Below are positions 10,919 to 20,444 of a stretch of 64,000 bases of DNA, piece by piece. This stretch comes from Gammaproteobacteria bacterium (GTDB lineage: Bacteria > Pseudomonadota > Gammaproteobacteria > SZUA-140): the NCBI GenBank assembly GCA_020847075.1, contig JADLCS010000050.1, positions 2,026-66,025 of the forward strand, read 5' to 3'. How positions within the stretch are numbered: position 1 is the stretch's first letter; every line of letters starts with the position of its first letter. The notes under the pieces were generated by a model. That model was not told where the DNA came from. It did no database searches and worked only from the letters and a program-made list of their open reading frames with translations. The position numbers were made by a program, and so were the translations under genes.

Positions 10919-11449
10919 CTAGACGCCCGCGCCCAGCCTGAGCAGCAGGCAGCGTTCGACGGCCCGCGCCATGTATTTGTTCACCGAACTCACGGAAACA
11001 CCCAGCCGGCGCGCTATCTCGGCATAGCTCAAGCCCTCCAACTGCGACATCAGAAAGGCCTGCTTGGGTCTCGCGCCCATCCCGTCCAGCATCGCATCGA
11101 TTTCGCACAGGGTCTCGATAATGATCGAACGCTGTTCGGGTGAACCGGTCTCCGCCTCGGGGATCAGGGCGAGCGCCTCGAGATAGGCCCGTTCCAGGGT
11201 TCTGCGCCGGAAATAATCGATCATCACGCGCTGCGCCACCGTAGCGAGGTAATCGCGCGGCTCACGGATGTCCGCCACCCTGCACGCGGCATCGGGCGCC
11301 GCGATCAGGCGGACGAAGGTATCGTGCGCGAGATCAGCCGCGCTGTGCGCGCAACCCAGTTTCCTGCGCAACCATCCCAGCAACCACCCGTGGTGATCGC
11401 TGTAGAGGGTATGCATGGTGTCGCGCAGACTGTCCTCGGATGCCGCCAT
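10919..11449 (-). CDS. fecI: FecI-type ECF sigma factor
   Basis: Region 2 (HHGWLLGWLRRKLGCAHSAADLAHDTFVRL) and region 4 HTH (LEGLSYAEIARRLGVSVSSVNKYMARA) are both present. Start taken at the internal ATG at 11449. Confidence 0.9.
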   Translation of the reverse strand: MAASEDSLRDTMHTLYSDHHGWLLGWLRRKLGCAHSAADLAHDTFVRLIAAPDAACRVADIREPRDYLATVAQRVMIDYFRRRTLERAYLEALALIPEAETGSPEQRSIIIETLCEIDAMLDGMGARPKQAFLMSQLEGLSYAEIARRLGVSVSSVNKYMARAVERCLLLRLGAGV

Positions 11450-11504
11450 GATGCGTCCGTTCGTCGTGCGGCAAAGGCGATCGTCGCCCCGCCATGACAA
11501 ATAT

Positions 11505-11526
11505 GATAATAATTATCAGTATTATC
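11505..11526 (-). promoter_or_regulatory. Fur box upstream of fecI
   Basis: GATAATAATTATCAGTATTATC, about 15/19 matches to the Fur consensus GATAATGATAATCATTATC, 56-77 bp upstream of the fecI start. Confidence 0.65.
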
Positions 11527-11605
11527 AGCGGCGGAAAACCGGATTGCAAGGCGCGACGGGGCCGTCCGGTCCCGCCCCGGAGAATCCGGCGGATCCGACT
11601 GGCAA

Positions 11606-11712
11606 GGCGGGGACGGGGATCCAGTGACTTCAACTTATTGAAAAGTAGGATCCTGGATTCCCGTCCCCGCCTGCACGGGGCCGGTTCTCGTTACGCGGGA
11701 ATGACACTCAGG
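11606..11712. repeat. Long inverted repeat plus REP-like palindrome
   Basis: GGCGGGGACGGGGATCCAG (11606-11624) pairs with CTGGATTCCCGTCCCCGCC (11653-11671), 18/19 complementary. It is followed by ...CGCGGGAATGACA, the same motif class as at 44.1 kb and 50.7 kb. Confidence 0.6.
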
Positions 11713-11741
11713 CAAGGTGGTTATATATAAGGAACGCCCGT

Positions 11742-13064
11742 CTACCCCGAAGTGGCGATATCCGTTTCGAGCTGGGCGTCGACCGGGGTCACCAATATCT
11801 TGTCGATGCGGTGTCCGTCCATGTCGACCACCTCGAACCGGTAATTGTCCAGGAAGAAATGCTCGCCCGCGGAGGGGACATGCCCGAACTGATGCAGCAC
11901 CAAACCGGCCAGGGTATGAAACGACGCGTCCTGCGGCACCGAATGCAGCCCGAGCAGATCACGCGCCTCATCGACGGGCAACCCGCCGTCGAGCAACCAT
12001 GATCCGTCCTCCCGGCGAACGACCAGAGGCTCCCCCTCCTCCGCATTTTCGGCAATTTCACCGGCGATCGAGGTCAGAATATCCGTCGAGGTCACCAGCC
12101 CCTGCACCCCTCCGTATTCATCCACTACGATGGCCATCGGCACCTCGATGCGACGCAGTTGCTCCAGGGCGTTCAGGGCGCTGATATCCTCGTGCACGAA
12201 CAGCGGCTGACGCAAGGCCTCCCGCACGTTCAGGGCGCGGCCATCGAGCATCTGTTCCAGCAGATCGCGCATCTGGACCACCCCCACGACCTCATCGAGT
12301 TCCCCGCGGCTAACCAGGAAGCGGCTGTAGGGGCTGTCCCGCAACAGAGGACGGAGGTCACGCTCCGCCGTTTCGATATCCAGCCACACGATATCGACCC
12401 GTGGCGTCATCAGGGCCTGGATGGGGCGATCGGCAAGACGCATCACTCCCCGGATCATGTCGCCCTCGACCTGCTCGACCACACCCGTATCGGTGGCCTC
12501 GGAGATCAGGGACCGGATCTCCTCATCGGTGATCTTGTGGGTCGATACCGCATGGCGCCCCAGCAGGCGGAGCACGAAACGGGTGGAGGCGTCCAGCACC
12601 ACCACCATCGGGGTAAACAGCGCGGCCAGCACCTTCATGAACGGCGCCACCGTCGAGGCGATACGCTCTGCATTCGCCAGGGCAACGCGCTTCGGCACCA
12701 GTTCACCCAGGATCAGGGAGAAATAGGTGATTCCCGCCACGACGATCGCCAGCGCCAGGATATCGCTTATCGATTCGAGCCAGGAGAATTGCGCCAACCA
12801 TCCGGAGAGCGACGCGGTCAGGGTCTTTTCGCCGTAGGCGCCGGCAAAGATGCCGATCATGGTGATGCCTATCTGGACCGTCGACAAAAACGGCCCGGGC
12901 GACTCGGCGAGGTTCATGGCGCTGCGGGCGCTTTTGCTGCCGGCCTCCGCCAGGGCCTTGAGGCGTGCGCGACGCGCCGAGATCACCGCGAGCTCGGACA
13001 TGGCGAAGAAGCCGTTGATCAAAATCAACAGCAGGATAACGAGCAATTCCCAGGGAAACGTCAT
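11742..13064 (-). CDS. CNNM/HlyC-CorC family transporter (DUF21-CBS-CorC_HlyC)
   Basis: MTFPWELLVILLLILINGFFAMSELAVISARRARL is the DUF21 signature. A CBS pair and a CorC/HlyC C-terminal domain follow. Start trimmed to the ATG at 13064. Confidence 0.88.
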   Translation of the reverse strand: MTFPWELLVILLLILINGFFAMSELAVISARRARLKALAEAGSKSARSAMNLAESPGPFLSTVQIGITMIGIFAGAYGEKTLTASLSGWLAQFSWLESISDILALAIVVAGITYFSLILGELVPKRVALANAERIASTVAPFMKVLAALFTPMVVVLDASTRFVLRLLGRHAVSTHKITDEEIRSLISEATDTGVVEQVEGDMIRGVMRLADRPIQALMTPRVDIVWLDIETAERDLRPLLRDSPYSRFLVSRGELDEVVGVVQMRDLLEQMLDGRALNVREALRQPLFVHEDISALNALEQLRRIEVPMAIVVDEYGGVQGLVTSTDILTSIAGEIAENAEEGEPLVVRREDGSWLLDGGLPVDEARDLLGLHSVPQDASFHTLAGLVLHQFGHVPSAGEHFFLDNYRFEVVDMDGHRIDKILVTPVDAQLETDIATSG

Positions 13065-13201
13065 GAATCTACCGCGCGGGAAACGCAACGAACGGCCCGC
13101 GAGGCCGGCCAGTGCGAATCGTGTTTACGGTTGTGAGGATCACGGCGGAAAACCGGTGCCCGAAGGCGGAGCGTTGAGAATACGCCATGATTACTTCGTC
13201 A

Positions 13202-13492
13202 TCAGGCCTTTCCGCCCGGCCCGGTGCGATATCCGGCGACGAACCCCCGGAGGAATCCGTCCAGCGAATACCCAGCCTTCGTGGCAAGCCACACCCCCGC
13301 CGCGACGAGTCCGAGCAGGATCGCGATCTGAGGCCCCAGGGCCTGGTACAACCCATAGCCGATCGCGCCGCCGACGATCACAATCAGGCAGATCATCAAC
13401 AGGTAACCGACCACCGTAGATACCAGATCGAAATTCGTCACCAGAAACAGGATCAGCAGGATAGCCAGCCCCGCCGGAAAAAGAAGATTCAT
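13202..13492 (-). CDS. Small integral membrane protein, unknown function
   Basis: 96-aa ORF starting MNLLFPAGLAILLILFLV..., with three hydrophobic helices. Confidence 0.5.
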   Translation of the reverse strand: MNLLFPAGLAILLILFLVTNFDLVSTVVGYLLMICLIVIVGGAIGYGLYQALGPQIAILLGLVAAGVWLATKAGYSLDGFLRGFVAGYRTGPGGKA

Positions 13493-13876
13493 GGTGTACC
13501 GCTTCCCCGCATGGTCGATAGACCCGTTCATTATGAACAAAGCCAAGTAAATATGTCCATAAACATGAAGATATATATGGACCGATGCATGGCCCGACGG
13601 GACCGGGGACACCTGTACGACCTGCCCGATCTTCCTCGAATCACTATCGGATACAGCATCATCCCACTCACTAAGAATTTTTAAGAAGCGTGAAATCCCG
13701 ATTCACGCGACCCGGTCACGGGCACGGTCTTTCGAGCTCGACATCACACAAATCGTGTGCAGAAAGCTACTGTTTTCACAATCATTATTCGGGACACCGG
13801 GCTAATCATTCCGTATGAGATGCCGCTATATCTAGCTGAGAAACATGTGTGCGTATACATACAGGAGAGTATCTCA

Positions 13877-14902
13877 ATGAAAAAAACTACAGCACTAACC
13901 ATGGTGTCCGCCGCGTCCTTATTCGTGGGCGGCGCGGCCATGGCGGCTCCCATCGGGGGGTATGACGCATGGACGGTCTCGAGCGGAACCATCACGGCCA
14001 CCTGCCCCGCGGGTTATACCTGCGCCAATCTGGATGCCACCGGTAACGGAATTCTGCAACAGCGGATCACGGACGCTGTGGATACCACGGTCTCCTATTT
14101 CCGCACCATCGTGACCAACGAGGGCGCCACCGCGACCGACCTGGCCGCCGTCCAGGCGCTGGGTTTCCGGAATGAAGGCATGATCGGCGCGCAGGACGGC
14201 TCGGGCAACTATGTCAACCGCAGCATCATCAAGGCGGGCACCCAGCTTGGCAACGATGCGATGTCGACCATGGCGGAAGTCGGTTCGGGGACCCTGATCG
14301 GCATCGCCGATTTCATCGCCGACCAGGAACAGGGACTGGGCGCGAATAACAACGCCCGCAACATGGACTGGCACTTCCAGGAAGGCGATACCAGCTATCT
14401 GGAGTTGAACGCTTACTCCACCGGTGGGCTCGCCGGTGGCGGTGCCGGCAATGAGGGTACTCTCACGGTGCGCCGCGCGGGCGGGCTGTCCGAAGGCGGC
14501 ACCCTGACCCTCGATCCGGGCGGCTCACAGGAACAGACCCTGGCCTATGCGGCCGGCAACGCCGTCACGGCGGTATGGTTGACCCAGGCGGCCTCGGGCG
14601 GCGGTTCTTACACGAACCGGACCCTGGGCCTGCAGCGCTACACCGTGGTGACCACCACGGGTCAGGCGCAGAAAACCAATGTCGGCGGCACCTCGATATC
14701 GGCAAGCAACGCGGACGGTAATGGCAATTTCGTAATCGACGTCTCCGCGGGCAATGATGCCGCAGTCACGGGAACACAGTTCGGATGGAACACGGCGCTG
14801 TTCGGTACTCAACCGCAGGAGTACTTCACCAACTCCGTCAGCAGCGGAGTGAACGCCCCGCCCGCCCCGGGCACCTACGCCAACGATTACCTCTTGCCCT
14901 GA
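13877..14902 (+). CDS. Secreted protein of unknown family, paralog A
   Basis: AGGAGA Shine-Dalgarno 8 nt before the ATG at 13877. Sec signal peptide MKKTTALTMVSAASLFVGGAAMA|AP. Shares blocks with the next ORF (see findings). Confidence 0.8.
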   Translation: MKKTTALTMVSAASLFVGGAAMAAPIGGYDAWTVSSGTITATCPAGYTCANLDATGNGILQQRITDAVDTTVSYFRTIVTNEGATATDLAAVQALGFRNEGMIGAQDGSGNYVNRSIIKAGTQLGNDAMSTMAEVGSGTLIGIADFIADQEQGLGANNNARNMDWHFQEGDTSYLELNAYSTGGLAGGGAGNEGTLTVRRAGGLSEGGTLTLDPGGSQEQTLAYAAGNAVTAVWLTQAASGGGSYTNRTLGLQRYTVVTTTGQAQKTNVGGTSISASNADGNGNFVIDVSAGNDAAVTGTQFGWNTALFGTQPQEYFTNSVSSGVNAPPAPGTYANDYLLP

Positions 14903-14939
14903 CGGCACACCGAACATCGCATTGCGATAGGAGAACAAC

Positions 14940-15866
14940 ATGAATCGTAAGTATCTATTCAAGGCGGCAATGGCTACGATGGGGGGACTTTTCGTGTCGA
15001 GTGCCGCCCTGGCCGGCTCCGCCATCCTGCACGATGCCCCGCTGGGCTTCGACCAATACTCGGTCACCAACGGCGTCGTCACCGATACCTCGGCCGAATG
15101 CTCGACCACCTGGACCTGCGTGACGCTGGATGCCACCAGCGCCGGAATGTTCATGCAGCAGATCACCGATCCCGGCACCGGCGTCTCCTTCATCCGCACC
15201 ATCACGGTGGAGGAAAATGCCAACGGAACACCCGCATCCGGCCTGGCGTTCTGGCAGGAAACCCAGACCTACGCCAGCGGCGTGAACAGCAACAACGTCG
15301 CCGTCAGTCAGGGGATCGTGGACGGCGGGATGAACTTCACCGTCAAACTCTTCGAGGCCGCGTTCAAGGACGGCGGCGATCTCACCATCCCGACGAGCGG
15401 CGGCGGTGGCGCGGATATGTACATGAACCAGCAGGTCGCCGCACAGACCTTCCAGCAGGATGGCGTGAACGGCAACGCGCGCCAGCGCATCGACCAGAAT
15501 CTGGGCGTTGCGGCGGTCGGCAAGTTCTCCTACGCCTCGATCGACGGCGCGGCGTTCATGCCCACGGCCGGTGGCACCCTGGGCGGTACGGTCATGCCGG
15601 CCCTCGCCTATGCCGCGACCGATGGCCTGAGCGTAGTGTGGATAGGCGCGGACATGCCGGGGAATGCCTCGGCCAGCGCGCGTCAATTCGGTTATCAGCG
15701 TTACAGCAACTGGGGCGCGGTGGCCGTGACGGCTCCCGGCACCAATGCCGCGACGGGCACCTCCAGCTACATGGCGCTCGGATCGGCCGCGGCCTTCACC
15801 GACAATGGATCGTGGGACTGGGACGCCTCGCTCTGGGATCTGGGCCTCGCACCGACCGGGCCTTGA
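14940..15866 (+). CDS. Secreted protein of unknown family, paralog B
   Basis: AGGAGA Shine-Dalgarno. Signal peptide MNRKYLFKAAMATMGGLFVSSAALA|GS. Blocks shared with paralog A: TC..LDAT..G...QQITD...VS[YF][FI]RTI, LAYAA, QRY. Confidence 0.8.
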   Translation: MNRKYLFKAAMATMGGLFVSSAALAGSAILHDAPLGFDQYSVTNGVVTDTSAECSTTWTCVTLDATSAGMFMQQITDPGTGVSFIRTITVEENANGTPASGLAFWQETQTYASGVNSNNVAVSQGIVDGGMNFTVKLFEAAFKDGGDLTIPTSGGGGADMYMNQQVAAQTFQQDGVNGNARQRIDQNLGVAAVGKFSYASIDGAAFMPTAGGTLGGTVMPALAYAATDGLSVVWIGADMPGNASASARQFGYQRYSNWGAVAVTAPGTNAATGTSSYMALGSAAAFTDNGSWDWDASLWDLGLAPTGP

Positions 15867-15939
15867 TATAAAAGGGGCGACAAGGATGTAGCCCTGGAGA
15901 AACGGTCGGTTCCGTCCGGCAGATCGGCGGGACCGGCCG

Positions 15940-16812
15940 TCACACTCTCAAGGATAGACTCTCGTCGGCTTCATAGCCGATCTTTTCCATGGCGTCCGCG
16001 ATCATCTCGGAGAGCTCGGCGCGCAATTGCCGGGTAACCTCACCCGCACCTCTATCGATGGAACCCGCCCGGAAGAACTCCGGATTCCTGGACACCGACC
16101 GCATGCGTTTGATATCCGTCTCCGCAACGATCCTGTCGAGGATCGCACCGTCCGCTTCCGCGCCCAGAAAGGAAAAAATCCCGCGCAGGGTCTCCGCACG
16201 CCGGGTCACCAGATCCTCGTAGTGGACCATATACACGTTGTCGCGCCCCGCGGAGAAGGCGCACCAGCGATCGACGTGCTGAACAAAGATCCGCGCGGAC
16301 TCGCGCAGCCAGCCGGCCAGGTCGCCATGCTGGGTCACTATCTCGCTGTGACGCGGATCGTTTTCCTCCTGCGCCAGACGCAGGTTGTGATGCCAGGCCG
16401 ATAATCCCTGGTCTATCGGATTACGGAAGATCGCGACCAGCCTGGGCTGATCGAACAGCTCATTGAAAAACTCGAGGTTCGCGATGATGTTGTTGTCGTT
16501 GGCCCCGACGATCGTCTTGCCTCCGGCCGCGTCGCACATCATGGTCTCGAGCGCAGAGCGGAATACGGCGTTCACGCTCCGGCCACCCACCAGGGCCGCC
16601 CCCTGCCCGCCCGTACGCCGGTCGTACAGTTGCAGTACCTTGTTGAACTCACCGAACACCCACTTGAGCCCCTCGTAAAGAGAGCGGCAATCGTATTCGG
16701 AGGGGCAGGAGATCCGAGGGTGCAGATTCAGGGCGCGCTGCAGCAGGGTCGTCCCTGACTTGGGAGGGCCGAAACAGAAAAACAGTCGAATCTGTCGGGA
16801 TTCTTTTTTCAA
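15940..16812 (-). CDS. Stand-alone sulfotransferase
   Basis: FGPPKSGTTLLQRALNLHP is a 5'-PSB loop and FRNPIDQGLSAWHH resembles a 3'-PB region. 290 aa with no signal peptide. Confidence 0.8.
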   Translation of the reverse strand: MKKESRQIRLFFCFGPPKSGTTLLQRALNLHPRISCPSEYDCRSLYEGLKWVFGEFNKVLQLYDRRTGGQGAALVGGRSVNAVFRSALETMMCDAAGGKTIVGANDNNIIANLEFFNELFDQPRLVAIFRNPIDQGLSAWHHNLRLAQEENDPRHSEIVTQHGDLAGWLRESARIFVQHVDRWCAFSAGRDNVYMVHYEDLVTRRAETLRGIFSFLGAEADGAILDRIVAETDIKRMRSVSRNPEFFRAGSIDRGAGEVTRQLRAELSEMIADAMEKIGYEADESLSLRV

Positions 16813-17341
16813 TACTCCGACTACCCAGCTGGTATGAGCTATATATATCGAGGTATTACATTGATACGACAGATATTGTCAGTGGACGCCGAAAAGGCCT
16901 GCTGGGTTCCCTGTTTTTTTCCGCACCGATAGCGATGCATGCCGGCGCCTCATATTTCCCGGGCCAGCGTTCACCAAGTGTGTCGCCGTGCTCAGGATGT
17001 GCGAGGGGACATCCAAGTCAACCCTCGCGCCTTGCGCTGGCGACAGCCATTGGTGCCCCGGTACGCCCTGCGTCCGGCGGCACTGCGCGCCGCCTACCAC
17101 AATGGCTTGACGCCGCCATGTTCGCTCCTTACTCACTCCGTTCGTCCCTCGCTCACGCGACTACCGGCGGCTTCTCGCCCTCGCTTCGCTCTCCATGGCT
17201 CGTCGAGAGAGGGGTCTCTATACAGGGGGGAACTGTAGTTCTTCTGAACCGAATGGCGCGGAAAAGGAGCCGAATATCGGCTTGACCGAACTCGCGGAAA
17301 TGCTGGCGCCTGTTTGGGACAGGCGGGCGAAGGGGCGAAAA

Positions 17342-17377
17342 AACAAAGGGGCTGCGTTTCCGCAACCCCTTTTATTT
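17342..17377. terminator. Bidirectional rho-independent terminator
   Basis: Hairpin GGGGCTGCG-TTTC-CGCAACCCC (17347-17368) with T-runs on both strands. It sits immediately 3' of the tRNA on the minus strand. Confidence 0.65.
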
Positions 17378-17387
17378 TCAAACCGTT

Positions 17388-17464
<77 letters not shown>

Positions 17465-17521
17465 ACCTGAACTTTGAGGGGGCTATAGTACAGAACCCGG
17501 GCGCTGTTATCAAGCCGTCGC

Positions 17522-17908
17522 TCACGGGACCCGGCTCTCCAGGACCACGAAGGCGACGGCGTACTGGGCCTCGTCGGAGATGGAGACATGGCTCCGGCAG
17601 ATCCGGGCCTCCCGGCAGAGGACTTCGGCCCGCCCGCTGTAGGACAGGCCGGGTTTCCCGCGATCGTCGTGCTCCACGCAGATCTGGCGCAGGTGCACCC
17701 CCGCACTCAGGCCCGTCCCGAGCGCCTTGGCTACCGCCTCCTTGACCGCGAAACGCTTGGCCAGGAAGCGGGCGGGATGAAAGATCCCGCGATACTGCTC
17801 GTATTCGCGCTCGGTCAGGATCCGCCGCGCGAAGCGGTCGCCGTAACGCTCCAGATTCGTCTGCATGCGCGCCACCGAAACGATGTCCGTCCCGATGCCG
17901 TGGATCAT
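17522..17908 (-). CDS. acpS: Holo-[acyl-carrier-protein] synthase
   Basis: [15 protein letters not shown]...[14 protein letters not shown]... is the AcpS signature (128 aa). The start overlaps the pdxJ stop. Confidence 0.92.
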   Translation of the reverse strand: MIHGIGTDIVSVARMQTNLERYGDRFARRILTEREYEQYRGIFHPARFLAKRFAVKEAVAKALGTGLSAGVHLRQICVEHDDRGKPGLSYSGRAEVLCREARICRSHVSISDEAQYAVAFVVLESRVP

Positions 17909-18651
17909 CGGCGCGCCTCGACCATCAGGCGCTTCATCTCGCGCACCGCCTCTCCGAGCCCGGTAAACAGGGCGCGCGCCACGATGGCGTGTCCGATATT
18001 CAGCTCGCGCACGCCGGGGATCGCGGCGATCGGTTCGACGTTGTGATAACTCAGGCCATGTCCGGCGTTGACCTGGATGCCGGCCGCTAGGCCGATCTCG
18101 ACCGCCCGCCGGATGCGCTCCAGTTCCTCTCGCGCGACACGCGGATCGCCGGCGTCGGCGTAATGTCCGGTATGGATCTCCACCGCCGGGGCCCCGGCGC
18201 GCACCGCCGCCTCGATCTGCACGGGATCGGCGTCGACGAACAGGGACACGACGCAACCGGCGGCGGCCAGGCGCTCACAGGCGGTCGCGATCCTCGCCTC
18301 CTGCCCCGCGACGTCGAGACCGCCTTCGGTGGTCAGTTCCGCCCGGCGCTCCGGCACCAGACAGCAGTTGTGCGGGCGGATGCGTTCAGCATAGGCCAGC
18401 ATCTCTTCCGTCACCGCCATCTCCAGATTCATGCGCGTCTGCAGGATATCCCGCAGCATCTCCACGTCACGCTCCTGGATATGCCGCCGGTCCTCGCGCA
18501 GGTGCAGCGTGATGGAGTCGGCCCCCGCCTGCTCCGCCTCGATCGCGGCCTGGATCGGATCGGGATAGCGCGTGCCGCGCGACTGCCGCAGCGTCGCGAC
18601 ATGATCGATGTTCACGCCCAGCAGAATAATGTCCCGCTCCCACGCCGTCAT
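17905..18651 (-). CDS. pdxJ: Pyridoxine 5'-phosphate synthase
   Basis: [23 protein letters not shown]...[12 protein letters not shown]...EIHTGHYA are PdxJ motifs. Start trimmed to the ATG at 18651. Confidence 0.93.
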   Translation of the reverse strand: MTAWERDIILLGVNIDHVATLRQSRGTRYPDPIQAAIEAEQAGADSITLHLREDRRHIQERDVEMLRDILQTRMNLEMAVTEEMLAYAERIRPHNCCLVPERRAELTTEGGLDVAGQEARIATACERLAAAGCVVSLFVDADPVQIEAAVRAGAPAVEIHTGHYADAGDPRVAREELERIRRAVEIGLAAGIQVNAGHGLSYHNVEPIAAIPGVRELNIGHAIVARALFTGLGEAVREMKRLMVEARR

Positions 18652-19472
18652 GCCCGGCCCTCGCCTTCCACTGTTGCGCCCGTCACCCGTTCCGCCTCCC
18701 GCCCCCTGCCCCGCCGGAACAATCTCCGGCTGGCCAGCGGCCTGCCTCCCAACCGCGCATCGAGCACCGTCCGCATCAGGCGCTTCGCCTCGTGCAGATG
18801 CACGGCGTCGCACAGTTCCCCGCGCGCCAGGGCCAGCAGGCTGCCGCCATGCAAACGCACCGGCCGCGCGCGGACGGCATAGTCCCCTGCACCCGTCTCC
18901 GCGGTCGCGTCCGTCCGGACCGGCCCGAGTTCGGGGTAGTAATCATACACCTCCTCGGACCGGATCGGATCACCGCCGGTGATCTCGTGGTCGAGCACCA
19001 GACCATAGCCCAGCTCACGCAACAGCGTCAGTTCGAACAGGCGCAGGACCGACTGTTCCCCGGGCGCGGAAAGCCCCGGTGCAGCCAGTCGCCGCAGCGC
19101 GGACTCATAGACGGCGAACAGGCCCGGATGAGGGTCGTGGCGATGCAGCAGCCGCATCAGCAGTTCGTTCATATAAAACCCGCTGATCAGCGCGCGGCCG
19201 CGCGGACCGTCGCCGTCGCGGGGCTCGACCGCGGTCAGTGTTCCCAACTCTCCGCGCATCGACCAGCTCGCGAGCAACGGCTGGAACGGCTGCAGCAGAC
19301 CGTGCAGGCGCGATTTCGGGCGCCGCGCGCCGCGCGCGATCAGTGCGATGCGGCCATGCCCGGGGGTGAACGTCTCCAGCAGCAGGCTGCTGTCGCGATA
19401 CGGCCGGTGGTGCAGTATATACGCCGGCTCCAGCATCGCCTTGCCATGCGCGCTCGGCGGGATATGCGTCAC
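18648..19472 (-). CDS. recO: DNA repair protein RecO
   Basis: [44 protein letters not shown]... is a RecO N-terminal OB fold. The true start may be the internal ATG at 19436. Confidence 0.88.
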   Translation of the reverse strand: MTHIPPSAHGKAMLEPAYILHHRPYRDSSLLLETFTPGHGRIALIARGARRPKSRLHGLLQPFQPLLASWSMRGELGTLTAVEPRDGDGPRGRALISGFYMNELLMRLLHRHDPHPGLFAVYESALRRLAAPGLSAPGEQSVLRLFELTLLRELGYGLVLDHEITGGDPIRSEEVYDYYPELGPVRTDATAETGAGDYAVRARPVRLHGGSLLALARGELCDAVHLHEAKRLMRTVLDARLGGRPLASRRLFRRGRGREAERVTGATVEGEGRA

Positions 19473-19479
19473 ACCACCC

Positions 19480-20397
19480 TCAGTCGCCGTATCCCAGGCT
19501 GCGCAGGGCCCGCTCGTCGTCGGACCATTTCTCTTTCACCTTGACCCAGAGCTGGAGGTACACCTTCACGTCGAACAGACGTTCCATCTCCTGCCGCGCC
19601 TCGGTCCCGATCCGCTTCAGCATCTGCCCCTGCCGGCCGATGACGATCGCCTTCTGCGCATCGCGCTCGACCCAGATCACCGCGCTGATCGAGGTCAGCG
19701 GCGGACCCTCCTTGAACTCCTCGATCTCGACCGTCACCGCGTAGGGAAGCTCGTCCCCGAGCAGGCGCGTCAGCTTTTCCCGCACCAGTTCCGCGGCCAG
19801 GAAACGCTCGCTGCGGTCAGTCACCTGCTCCTCGGGAAACAGCGGCGGTGACTCCGACAACAGGCGGCGGACCTCCTCCTCCAGCGCATCCGTCTGCGTC
19901 CCCTGTGTCGCGCACACCGGCACGACCGCAGCGAAATCCCGCTTTTCCTTCATCAGGGAGATATAGGGCAACAGCCGTTCCTTGTCCTTGACCCGGTCCA
20001 CCTTGTTGAGCACCAGGATCACGGGGAGGCGCACGGACTCCAGCAGGCCGAGCACATGCTCGTCCTCCTCTTCCCATTTCAGGCACTCGACCACGAACAA
20101 CACGACGTCGACATCCTCGACCGCCGCCGTGGCCGTCCGGTTCATCACGCGGTTGATCGCATGGCGCACACCGCGGTGCAATCCGGGCGTATCGATATAG
20201 ACGGCCTGAGCCCCGGGAGTGGTCTTGATGCCGAGGATCCGATGGCGGGTGGTCTGCGGCTTGCGCGACGTGATGGCGATCTTCTGACCCAGGATCCGGT
20301 TCAACAGGGTGGACTTGCCGACGTTCGGCCGACCCACGATAGCGACATAGCCGCAGCGATGCATCCCGCCCTCCGAATCAACCGATCCCATGTCCAC
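19480..20397 (-). CDS. era: GTPase Era
   Basis: [18 protein letters not shown] (G1), DTPG (G3), NKVD (G4) and a KH domain at the C-terminus. The start may be 11 codons downstream. Confidence 0.93.
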   Translation of the reverse strand: MDMGSVDSEGGMHRCGYVAIVGRPNVGKSTLLNRILGQKIAITSRKPQTTRHRILGIKTTPGAQAVYIDTPGLHRGVRHAINRVMNRTATAAVEDVDVVLFVVECLKWEEEDEHVLGLLESVRLPVILVLNKVDRVKDKERLLPYISLMKEKRDFAAVVPVCATQGTQTDALEEEVRRLLSESPPLFPEEQVTDRSERFLAAELVREKLTRLLGDELPYAVTVEIEEFKEGPPLTSISAVIWVERDAQKAIVIGRQGQMLKRIGTEARQEMERLFDVKVYLQLWVKVKEKWSDDERALRSLGYGD

Positions 20398-20444
20398 CGG
20401 CGGCAGCGCGGGACAGCGCGGGTCCGTTCATCGCGACCGGCATG

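Noticed and set aside
17485-17505. ACAGAACCCGGGC motif resembling the conserved 3' element of RNase P RNA (ACAGAACCCGGCUUA).
   Set aside because: None of the other universally conserved RNase P elements, such as GAGGAAAGUCCGGGC, occurs nearby. The motif sits in the 57-bp spacer between the tRNA and acpS.
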